Part shown: positions 1 to 7,037 of the stretch, piece by piece
How the letters are laid out: each line of letters begins with the position of its first letter
Position numbering within the stretch: the first letter of the stretch is position 1
Assembly: GCA_043821645.1 (NCBI GenBank)
Contig: JBDRCO010000050.1
Coordinates: 1 to 11,358 of the forward strand
Direction of reading: 5' to 3'
DNA from: Pseudomonadota bacterium
Lineage (GTDB): Bacteria > Myxococcota > JACRCW01 > JAFGSX01
Length of the DNA: 11,358 nt
Program-made: the position numbers and the translations under genes
Notes under the pieces: generated by a model
The model's input: only the letters and a program-made list of their open reading frames with translations
Told to the model about the DNA's origin: nothing
Databases searched by the model: none

Positions 1-149
1 TCGTCCGTCGAGCCGGTGTCGACGACGATGATCTCGTAGCCCGAAGTCGGCCACTCCAGCAGATCGAAGCTGCGCAAGGTGCGGCCAAGCAGCACGCACC
101 GATTGCGTGTTGGAATGACGACGCTCACCTTGCAACGCGTCGCCGTCAT
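1..149 (-). CDS. Glycosyltransferase family 2 (GT-A), N-terminal fragment; runs off the left edge of the window
   Basis: Not in the ORF track. Hand translation from ATG at 149 gives MTATRCKVSVVIPTRNRCVLLGRTLRSFDLLEWPTSGYEIIVVDTGSTD, the typical GT2 'SVVIPTxNR...EIIVVDxGSTD' N-terminus. ATGA overlap with the upstream stop (146-148). Confidence 0.9.
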   Translation of the reverse strand, partial: MTATRCKVSVVIPTRNRCVLLGRTLRSFDLLEWPTSGYEIIVVDTGSTD

Positions 150-1966
150 GAAGGATTCCGCCGCGAACCGGATCCCACGGCACCCTCCTGGGCGGTGGCT
201 GGGTCGCTCTCAACTTCGAGACGGGCCTGCGCTTGTGTCGAGGTCTCCTCGACCTCATCACCTGCCCTGTGCATTACCAGGCTGGTGCCTGCGATGTGGT
301 ACAGTCTGTGTGTTGCCGAAAGTTCATCGATTGCCTTCATGACACCTGGCGCATATGGCGCGTAGTCATGCCACATCACCACACCACCAGGACAGACCAT
401 GGACAAGGCAGAGCGGCTGTCCACACTCACCTGGCGATAGTGGTGGCAGGCGTCAACCAGGATGAGGTTCATCTGGTGTCGGTAAGGTGTGAAGTCGAAG
501 GTCAGCGAGTCACCGAGCAGCTGGACGATGCGTTCGGCCTCGGGCGTGCCCACGAATCGTCTCCCGACCTGCTGCGGGTACACGTCGAGCTCCGCGACTT
601 GCGGTCGGCTTCCCTCGCCAGCCGCCTGAACCGGGAGGTCGAGCGTGAACACGCGCTGAGCACCGTTTGCGGCGAGCTGGCGAGTGGTCAGGCCCTCGTA
701 GGTTCCGAACTCGAACGTGATTTTCGGCTTCAAGCATCGCACGATTTGCATGAATACGGCGAGCTCGTGAATCATCAGGCCCCCAACGGTTGGCACAAAT
801 CCAAGTAGCTGGATCGGACCCGGACGGAACCCAGGCAACACACTCGCTAATTTGTCCTGACTCAGAACGAGCGGTCGCCGCGGGCGAGACGCGATCGGAG
901 AGCAGGAATGGTCGTCCCGGTCAGCTTCTTGACCACGGATGAGCCCCACATGCGGTAGTCGCGAGTGGAGGTGGCGAACGGTCGCGCCAAAGGCGCGCCG
1001 AAGTGTCATGTCGAGAGCGCTCTTTCCAACCTGTTGGGCAGCTTGCATCATGACGATGTGACGGATCCTCGCGCGATCTGGAGCGCGCTCCAGGCCCAGC
1101 CGCTCGGCACATTCTGCGGCGAGAGATGGTTCGATGGTGATTCGTTTTGCATCGAGTTCGAAGTTGAGTCGCGACTGCCAATGTGGCGTTTGTTTATCGC
1201 CAAGGGTGAGTAAATCATAGGTGCCAGCTGGCCGGTTGGAGTCGCCCCTGTTGACGAACAGTGGGCTCGAACCGTAGATGAAGAACGGGATGCCCAACTC
1301 GATGGAGTAAAAGGCGCAAGATCCAACGACATTGCTCGTGCAGTACCGATGCGAAGACAAGATGTGGTAAAAAGAATCCACGAAATGTGGGTCGAGATGA
1401 TGACCCGCAGTGACGACGGGGATTCCGCGTTCGAGAAAAGGCTTCGCAGCGCCGCGTTTGATATCCAGCCAGTAGAGGCCGATGCTCACGGGATGGAACT
1501 CGAGAGGCAAGTCGAGCAATGCCTCGGCATAGTCCTCCCAGCGAGTATCAACCTCGATCAGCTCAGTGGAGTGGATGGGGAAGGCGATCGTCCCAGTTCG
1601 TCCACGCTTCGCAGCGTACCCGGCTTTCCGGCGGTAGTGGACAAAAGGCGAACCTGTGACGACGGAATCTCTTCCAGTCTCGTCAAGAATAGCACGACGT
1701 CGGCCTTCATTCACGACGAGTAGAGGAAGGGAGGTTCGGCGATCCCCTTCATAGACCTCATCTACTACAGGTACGCCATGATCAACGTGAACGAGCAGCG
1801 GGAACCACGAAGGTAGCGACAGCCAGGACCGGAAGCACCGGCCAATGGAGTACCATTCATGGTCCAGCCTTGAAGGTGGTAACTGCTCGTATTTACGAAT
1901 GCGAGCAAGCGCGGCAGTGAGGTCTGGTGCGCCTCCCGGTATAATTCTGAATCGTGCTGAGTTCAT
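146..1966 (-). CDS. Two-domain protein (606 aa): unassigned N-terminal domain (putative nonulosonate glycosyltransferase) fused to a C-terminal class I SAM-dependent methyltransferase (Methyltransf_24-like)
   Basis: Start moved from 2086 to ATG 1966 (MNSARF), which has an ATGA overlap with the pseI stop and GAGGA just upstream. C-terminal motifs: FEFGTYEGLTT (SAM motif I), TLDLP, ILVDACHHY, PGGVVMWHDY. The N-terminal function (FPIHST, TSNVVGSCAFYSIELGIPFF) is inferred only. Confidence 0.7.
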   Translation of the reverse strand: MNSARFRIIPGGAPDLTAALARIRKYEQLPPSRLDHEWYSIGRCFRSWLSLPSWFPLLVHVDHGVPVVDEVYEGDRRTSLPLLVVNEGRRRAILDETGRDSVVTGSPFVHYRRKAGYAAKRGRTGTIAFPIHSTELIEVDTRWEDYAEALLDLPLEFHPVSIGLYWLDIKRGAAKPFLERGIPVVTAGHHLDPHFVDSFYHILSSHRYCTSNVVGSCAFYSIELGIPFFIYGSSPLFVNRGDSNRPAGTYDLLTLGDKQTPHWQSRLNFELDAKRITIEPSLAAECAERLGLERAPDRARIRHIVMMQAAQQVGKSALDMTLRRAFGATVRHLHSRLPHVGLIRGQEADRDDHSCSPIASRPRRPLVLSQDKLASVLPGFRPGPIQLLGFVPTVGGLMIHELAVFMQIVRCLKPKITFEFGTYEGLTTRQLAANGAQRVFTLDLPVQAAGEGSRPQVAELDVYPQQVGRRFVGTPEAERIVQLLGDSLTFDFTPYRHQMNLILVDACHHYRQVSVDSRSALSMVCPGGVVMWHDYAPYAPGVMKAIDELSATHRLYHIAGTSLVMHRAGDEVEETSTQAQARLEVESDPATAQEGAVGSGSRRNPS

Positions 1967-3024
1967 GAATCCTCGTCGAGATCGCTCCAGGTCAATGGGG
2001 AGCCCCTCAATATTGTCCTGATCGCCCGGGCCTGAAGGACGCGTTCCAGGTAGCGAGGTGGAAGCCCATTCCCTGGTCGGATGCATCTTGTGTTTTGGGT
2101 GGTGAAGCGCTCGCCAGCTTGTACATCCCGTGTACAGAAAAGGGATCGTCTGAATACAGTACTCGGCCTCTCGGCCTCACTCTGTTCGTAACAGATCTCT
2201 CCCAGGGATCGTTCGGCGATGTGCGCCGCTGTAACCATTTCAGCAAACTCATGGGGTTCAAGCGAAAAGGCGCTATCCGGACCCGGATCGCCGCGCGAGA
2301 GAGTCAGGTGCTTTTCGATCACCTTGGCGCCCACTGCCACCGCAGCTACGGCCACCGTGGTTCCAAGTGTATGATCTGACAGGCCTGCCACCACTCCAAA
2401 CCGCGCAGCAAGGTCTACAATGGTCCGCAAGTTGGCTGCCGCTGGAGACGCTGGGTAGGCACTTGTGCACTTGAGCAAGCACAGACCAGGATCGGCATCG
2501 CCCCACACCTTCCGGATGGACGAGACAGCAAGTTCTATTTCCTCCAACGTCCCCATTCCTGTCGACAGGATGATGGGTTTGCGGATTGCCGCCACATACT
2601 CGATCAACGGGATATCCACCAGCTCGAAGCTGGCGATCTTGTAGACTGGCACGTCGAGCTTTTCGAGAAAGTCGACGGCAGTGCTGTCGAACGGTGTGCT
2701 GAAGAAGTCCAGCCCGAGTTCGTGGGCAAGGTCGCGCAGCGGCGCGTGCCATTCCCAGGGCGTGTAGGCCTCTTTGTAGAGGTCATACAGAGTTCGGCCG
2801 TCCCACAGGCCGCCCTGGATCTTGAACTCGTCACGATCGCAGTCGATGGTCATGGTGTCCGCGGTATAGGTCTGCAGCTTGATGGCGTCGGCACCGGCCT
2901 GCGCCGCCGCGCGCACGAGCTCCATCGCGCGCTCGAGGGAACCGTTGTGGTTGGCCGAGAGCTCGGCGATCACGTAGACGTTGTTTTTATCGCGGATCCT
3001 GTCCATGACTGAGCCTGGGTTCAT
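1963..3024 (-). CDS. pseI: Pseudaminic acid synthase (NeuB family with C-terminal SAF/antifreeze-like domain)
   Basis: IAELSANHNG, IKLQTYTADTMTID, LYDLYKEAYTPWEWH, KIASFE, LKCTSAYPA, GLSDHT, IEKHLT and C-terminal RRSL...IRPGNGL. AGGA lies 6 nt before the ATG. Clustered with pseB, pseC and pseG. Confidence 0.93.
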   Translation of the reverse strand: MNPGSVMDRIRDKNNVYVIAELSANHNGSLERAMELVRAAAQAGADAIKLQTYTADTMTIDCDRDEFKIQGGLWDGRTLYDLYKEAYTPWEWHAPLRDLAHELGLDFFSTPFDSTAVDFLEKLDVPVYKIASFELVDIPLIEYVAAIRKPIILSTGMGTLEEIELAVSSIRKVWGDADPGLCLLKCTSAYPASPAAANLRTIVDLAARFGVVAGLSDHTLGTTVAVAAVAVGAKVIEKHLTLSRGDPGPDSAFSLEPHEFAEMVTAAHIAERSLGEICYEQSEAERPSTVFRRSLFCTRDVQAGERFTTQNTRCIRPGNGLPPRYLERVLQARAIRTILRGSPLTWSDLDEDS

Positions 3025-3032
3025 GACCTATC

Positions 3033-3716
3033 CTAGCGCAGGGTCCGGATGACCTCGAAGGCCTCGGCAGCCTCGACGCCGACGACGCTGCCCCAGCGCC
3101 TGGCAACAGCGGTCAGAGCCTCGGGGGAGCGTGGGTGGGGGAAAGCGCGCGATTCCCTGCTATAGATGGCCATCGCGTCGAGCTTTTTGTCCAGGGTCGT
3201 GTGAACGTCATAGAAGACTGCCGGTCTGAAAATGGGCTCGATGCGCTGAAATGCCCACTCCGTCGAAGAGGGGATCTCGAAGCAGAGTAGCTCCTTCACA
3301 CTGGCCCCGGGATCGGGTCGACAGGCTGTCAGGGTCGCCTGGAACAGCACACGGTGGTCCACGTTGAGGTCACCCGGGTGATGGGTGAAGACAAGTGAGG
3401 GAGAGAACTCATCCAGCAAGGACTCCACGCGCTTTACCACGTCCAGCAGGTCCAGGCTGTCGAACCTATTGTCGGGCAGGCCAAAGCAAAGAACCGAGGT
3501 CGCCCCGAGAATTCGGCCGGCCTCTACGGCCTGTATGCTGAGCGTCCTCGTCTCTTCTTCAACTGCCTGCTCACGTTTCGTATGTCGCGATGTCGCACCC
3601 TCACCGAAGATGCACACCTGGACCTGGTGGCCTTCTTCGGAGAGACGGCGAATCGTTGCACCGCAGCCAAGAACTTCATCGTCGGGGTGAGCTGCCACGA
3701 CCAGGACCTTCATCAC
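3033..3716 (-). CDS. PIG-L/LmbE family metal-dependent de-N-acetylase
   Basis: VVAAHPDDEVLGCG (HPDD metal motif), THHPGDLNVDH (DH motif), FPHPRS and AEAF C-terminus. The start is GTG 3716 or the adjacent ATG 3713 (AGGAGG-C-GTG-ATG), overlapping the upstream stop. Confidence 0.92.
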   Translation of the reverse strand: MMKVLVVAAHPDDEVLGCGATIRRLSEEGHQVQVCIFGEGATSRHTKREQAVEEETRTLSIQAVEAGRILGATSVLCFGLPDNRFDSLDLLDVVKRVESLLDEFSPSLVFTHHPGDLNVDHRVLFQATLTACRPDPGASVKELLCFEIPSSTEWAFQRIEPIFRPAVFYDVHTTLDKKLDAMAIYSRESRAFPHPRSPEALTAVARRWGSVVGVEAAEAFEVIRTLR

Positions 3717-4429
3717 GCCTCCTGCTTCTGTGTGATGGATACCTGCGCCGTCAGCCTTCCTGCCTCGAGCCGGGCGTCGCGGAACTCGAACCGCAGGCTG
3801 CCCTGCTCGACAAACGCATGCGGGTACCCATCGGCATCGAGCATGCGGATGATGTCATGGAGCTGATCGAGCGACTCGTCGCCGGTGATGAGGCTCTGGC
3901 TGGGTTTGCGCCGCCTGAAAACCACCACCTCGCCCTGCTGTGGCGTCGGCTCAGGGTTCTGTTCGACGATTTGGCGAATCATGGCTGCGGAGAGCACTCC
4001 CGCCCTGACATAGATATCCTGCGCGCGGCCTTGTAATGACAAGGGTTCCTTCAAGTACACCGGCCCGGCGTCGAAGTCCTCGACCATGCGCAGAGCCGTC
4101 AACTGTGTGTCATGGTGGCCGCGCTGGATAAGGTTTTGTAGGGGACTGCCACCGCGGCCATAGGGGACGTCGGTCATGTGAAAGCAGACGCACTCGAAGC
4201 GATCAAGGATCTCCGACGGCACCCTGGCCGACCAGTGAAGAAAGAACACGTATGTGGGAGCTAGCTCAAGGAGCCTCGACAGGGTCAGCTCGGATTCGTT
4301 GCCAATAAAAGTCCAGCGCCCGGGCAAAGTTGCCAGGTGAGCGTCGAACGTTGCGCGATTCCACGGGCGACTTCCCGCCACGACGTAGGCCAGGCGAGCA
4401 CCCTCGGTAATCTTGAAGGACTGCTTCAT
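3713..4429 (-). CDS. Formyltransferase 2 (Fmt-like, N10-formyl-THF dependent; FHMTDxPxGRGGSPLQNL type), putative sugar N-formyltransferase
   Basis: FFLHWS, CVCFHMTDVPYGRGGSPLQNLI, DFDAGPVY, DIIRMLDADGYPHAF. Start corrected to ATG 4429 (ATGA overlap with the upstream stop at 4426-4428); 238 aa. Confidence 0.85.
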   Translation of the reverse strand: MKQSFKITEGARLAYVVAGSRPWNRATFDAHLATLPGRWTFIGNESELTLSRLLELAPTYVFFLHWSARVPSEILDRFECVCFHMTDVPYGRGGSPLQNLIQRGHHDTQLTALRMVEDFDAGPVYLKEPLSLQGRAQDIYVRAGVLSAAMIRQIVEQNPEPTPQQGEVVVFRRRKPSQSLITGDESLDQLHDIIRMLDADGYPHAFVEQGSLRFEFRDARLEAGRLTAQVSITQKQEA

Positions 4430-5235
4430 ATTTTTCTCTTGCCGCCAGGCACGGGATCGGTGCTGGTCGTCGATGGTAGTCGCTCGTCTGGCTCCAGCTT
4501 GATGCTCACCCACACGCGCCTACCGCGGTCCTCGAAGAAAGCACCGCGGTAGCCGGCAAAGGTCCGCGCCCGTATTCGATCGATCAGGTCGCCCGCACGC
4601 ACCAGGGCGTCCAGATCGATCCGGTCCACGGCATCGACGTCCTTCCGCTGATGGGTCGTTCCCTGAGAGCGATCCTGAGGTCTGCGGACAGCGCGCTCCT
4701 CGACAATAGACTCGAAGTGCAACTTGAACAGCGAGAGCGCATCCTGCTCCAGCCGGCGGTACAGGGTCTCGCCCGTGTCCCACGAGAGAACCTCGGTCTT
4801 GTGCTGGGCGATGATGTCTCCGGTGTCGAGGGTTTGATCCATGTAGTGCAGAGTCACGCCTGCAGGACTGCCGTCGACGATGCTCCAGACATTGGGGTAA
4901 TTCCCACGATTGAAGGGCAGATAGGCCGGATGCAAATTGATGACGCCGAGCCTGAAGCTGTTCAGAATCTTTGGGCGGATCAGGTAGTCGAATAGCACCG
5001 AGATCCCCAAGTCGGCCTTGAGCGATATCAGCCGCTCACGCACCTCAGGCTGGCGCAGCGTCGAGCCATCGAACACGCGTTCCTCTGGGCAGCCGCTGAG
5101 CTCGATGATCTCGGAGAGGTACTTTTGGCGGGAGGGCGGGTGGACCACCAGGGCTTCGATTGCCTGACCCTGCTCCCGAATCCAGCGCAACACTTCGCGC
5201 CCGAGCCAGTTGTTGGCAAAGAAGACGATCTTCAT
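4426..5235 (-). CDS. Formyltransferase 1 (Fmt/PurN fold), putative UDP-4-amino-sugar N-formyltransferase
   Basis: INLHPAYLPFNRGNYPNVWSI (catalytic N-x-H and HxSLLP-like motif), GVTLHYMDQTLDTGDII (catalytic Asp), IRARTFAGYRGAFF. Start corrected to ATG 5235 (MKIVFFANN; ATGA overlap with the pseG stop); 269 aa. Confidence 0.87.
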   Translation of the reverse strand: MKIVFFANNWLGREVLRWIREQGQAIEALVVHPPSRQKYLSEIIELSGCPEERVFDGSTLRQPEVRERLISLKADLGISVLFDYLIRPKILNSFRLGVINLHPAYLPFNRGNYPNVWSIVDGSPAGVTLHYMDQTLDTGDIIAQHKTEVLSWDTGETLYRRLEQDALSLFKLHFESIVEERAVRRPQDRSQGTTHQRKDVDAVDRIDLDALVRAGDLIDRIRARTFAGYRGAFFEDRGRRVWVSIKLEPDERLPSTTSTDPVPGGKRKI

Positions 5236-6290
5236 GTTGCGCATACCCCTGCGAGCTCCATCTCGGTGATCACGCGCTGACATCCGTGACCATCGACCAG
5301 CTTTCGGGCCCGCTCGCCCATTTCCTGCCGCCGGTCGCGATCCTCAGTCAGCTCTCGTAGTTGCGGGAGAAGACTGCGTGCGCACAACTCACTATGCCAG
5401 CCAAGATCCCTGGCGGCTCCCGCCGCCCCGGCGCTGGACGCAATGGGACGCTGGTTGTCGGCGACAGAGACCAGCAATGATGGGATTCCGAAGTGCATCA
5501 GCTCCCAGGTGGTGCTGCCGGCGGCCGAGATGGACAGGTCGGCTAGGTCGAGCGTCGCAGACATGTCCTGCACGTTCTCCAGGACACTGGCCCGCAGCAG
5601 GGAAGCCAGTCGCTCGAGTTCGAACAAGTGGGCTGTGCTTTCGCGGCTGCCCAGGACGACTGTGAGCTCCAGGTCTGGTGGCTCTCGCACCAGAGCGCCA
5701 AGTACCCGTGCGCACAGGCCCTGCGGATCGCTGCCGCCGGCGATCACCAGAAGGTTCCGGCCACGACTTCGTTGCTCCGGTGTCCTGGGTCTAGCCTGAC
5801 GCAGTGAGCGGCGCAGAAGCACGTGACGTGGTCCCAACAGGAGCGCCGATCGTTTCCTGAACTGGGGGTAGAGTTGCTCGCGGGCATGTAGGTTCTGATT
5901 GAGAACCAGGTCCGCGTGAATCGGCTCTCCTGTACCTTGGTCGTCGATAAACAGGACACGCGCCCTGGCCTGGGCGAGTTGGAGCCGATACGCGGCGTTC
6001 AGGCGATAGCCATCGAGCACGATCCAGCGAGCATTGTGCGCCTCGCTCTGTGCGACGGTCTGTTGTGCATCGTCATCGCTGCCAACCTCGGCCTTCACCC
6101 TCACAAGGTGGATGTCTTCGTCGGCCAGTAAATGCTCGAGTTGTTCACTGAGTTCGGCAGCCAGCCACGTGATACGGAGCCCCGAATCCACCAGGGCCTG
6201 GGCCAGGGCCAGACAGCGCATGAAGTGGCCGGAGCCGATCGCAGGGCTTGCGTCGACTCTGAACAGCACGTCGGCAGGCGCGTGGTTCAC
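5232..6290 (-). CDS. pseG: UDP-2,4-diacylamido-2,4,6-trideoxy-beta-L-altropyranose hydrolase (GT-B fold)
   Basis: LFRVDASPAIGSGHFMRCLALA (catalytic His), VLDGY, FIDD, VLNQN, GGSD, ISAAGSTTWEL, VADNQ, VDGHG. Start corrected to GTG 6290 (GAGG 5 nt upstream; GTGA overlap); 352 aa, with no fused GNAT domain. Confidence 0.9.
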   Translation of the reverse strand: MNHAPADVLFRVDASPAIGSGHFMRCLALAQALVDSGLRITWLAAELSEQLEHLLADEDIHLVRVKAEVGSDDDAQQTVAQSEAHNARWIVLDGYRLNAAYRLQLAQARARVLFIDDQGTGEPIHADLVLNQNLHAREQLYPQFRKRSALLLGPRHVLLRRSLRQARPRTPEQRSRGRNLLVIAGGSDPQGLCARVLGALVREPPDLELTVVLGSRESTAHLFELERLASLLRASVLENVQDMSATLDLADLSISAAGSTTWELMHFGIPSLLVSVADNQRPIASSAGAAGAARDLGWHSELCARSLLPQLRELTEDRDRRQEMGERARKLVDGHGCQRVITEMELAGVCAT

Positions 6291-7012
6291 AGATGCCTCT
6301 GCCTGACCAAGCGATTGAGTTCGCGCACATTGGGATGCTGGGTCAGGTACCTGCGTACCTCGCGCCAGGGCCAGCGACCCTGGGGATCCGCCTCGTACAC
6401 AGCCCTTACCAGCGCCAGGTCTTCTGGCGTGTCCACCGTCCATCGCTCGGCTGAGTGGTCTTCGTCGCCATACAGACCGCGCACTGTGAATTTATCGGGA
6501 TGCTGCCACAGGTAGGTCGTCACGTGCTCTCGGTACACGGGCAGCTGACCCTCGCGCCAGGCCCGATGCAACGCGTCGATGCGAAACGCCTCGCAATCGA
6601 GTCCGCGGGGGAAGCTGCGGGGCTCCACGATGTTGCTGGCGTAGTCTGTCTCGCTTGCGCTGAGCAGCAGGTTCACGACCTGATCGACGAGTTCGGGATC
6701 GATCAACGGGCAGTCCGAGGTGATGCGCACCACGAGGTCGGCTCTATGCTCCTGCGCGGCGCGCCAGTAACGATCCAGCACGTCGGTCTCGTCTCCCCGG
6801 AAGCAGGCCCAACCACGGTCGCTGCAGAGCTTCGCGATGGCATCGTCCGCTGCCAACTTGGAGGTGGCCACCACCACCTTGTCGACGCGGGTGGCCCGCA
6901 GGGTGCGCGACACCACGCGCGCCAGCATGGGCTGGCCCGCGAGGTCCATGAGCACCTTGCCCGGCAGCCGCGTCGATCCCATGCGGGCCTGGATGATTGC
7001 CACCGTCGTCAT
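6287..7012 (-). CDS. spsF: SpsF-type cytidylyltransferase (CMP-nonulosonate synthetase, presumed functional equivalent of PseF)
   Basis: MTTVAIIQARMGSTRLPGKVL, RGDETDVLDRY, VRITSDCPLIDP, FPRGLDCE, REHVT, RWTVDTPEDL. Start corrected to ATG 7012; 241 aa. Confidence 0.88.
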   Translation of the reverse strand: MTTVAIIQARMGSTRLPGKVLMDLAGQPMLARVVSRTLRATRVDKVVVATSKLAADDAIAKLCSDRGWACFRGDETDVLDRYWRAAQEHRADLVVRITSDCPLIDPELVDQVVNLLLSASETDYASNIVEPRSFPRGLDCEAFRIDALHRAWREGQLPVYREHVTTYLWQHPDKFTVRGLYGDEDHSAERWTVDTPEDLALVRAVYEADPQGRWPWREVRRYLTQHPNVRELNRLVRQRHL

Positions 7013-7013
7013 C

Positions 7014-7036
7014 GAGATCTCACTTGAGGAGATCCC
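7014..7036 (-). promoter_or_regulatory. Intergenic stem-loop over the spsF translation initiation region
   Basis: mRNA GGGAUCUC-CUCAAGU-GAGAUCUC forms an 8-bp stem (one G-U) with a 7-nt loop, starting 1 nt after the methylase stop and ending 1 nt before the spsF AUG. Function is not demonstrated. Confidence 0.4.
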
Positions 7037-7037
7037 A

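Noticed and set aside
921-1181. Alternative-frame ORF in the fusion linker as evidence of a frameshifted gene pair
   Set aside because: The main frame is open throughout, I saw no convincing internal Shine-Dalgarno/start for the methyltransferase domain, and the alternative peptide has no motifs.
1967-2086. N-terminal extensions in the ORF track (starts 2086, 4513, 5283, 6443, 7141, 11321)
   Set aside because: They overlap upstream genes by tens to more than 100 nt and lack family motifs. Downstream starts match the family N-termini and, in most cases, start/stop overlaps or Shine-Dalgarno sites.
2162-2177. Tandem CTCGGCCT x2 inside pseI
   Set aside because: Two 8-nt copies with the reading frame intact; plausible by chance in GC-rich sequence.
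1963-3024. Legionaminic or sialic acid pathway (legI/neuB)
   Set aside because: The inverting dehydratase PseB, PseC, the PseG-type hydrolase and PseI-type motifs are present, and no NeuC/LegG hydrolysing epimerase is seen.
3713-5235. Annotation of the formyltransferases as methionyl-tRNA formyltransferase (fmt)
   Set aside because: They are shorter than Fmt, have no def/fmt context and are coupled within a nucleotide-sugar operon, so sugar N-formyltransferase is more plausible.
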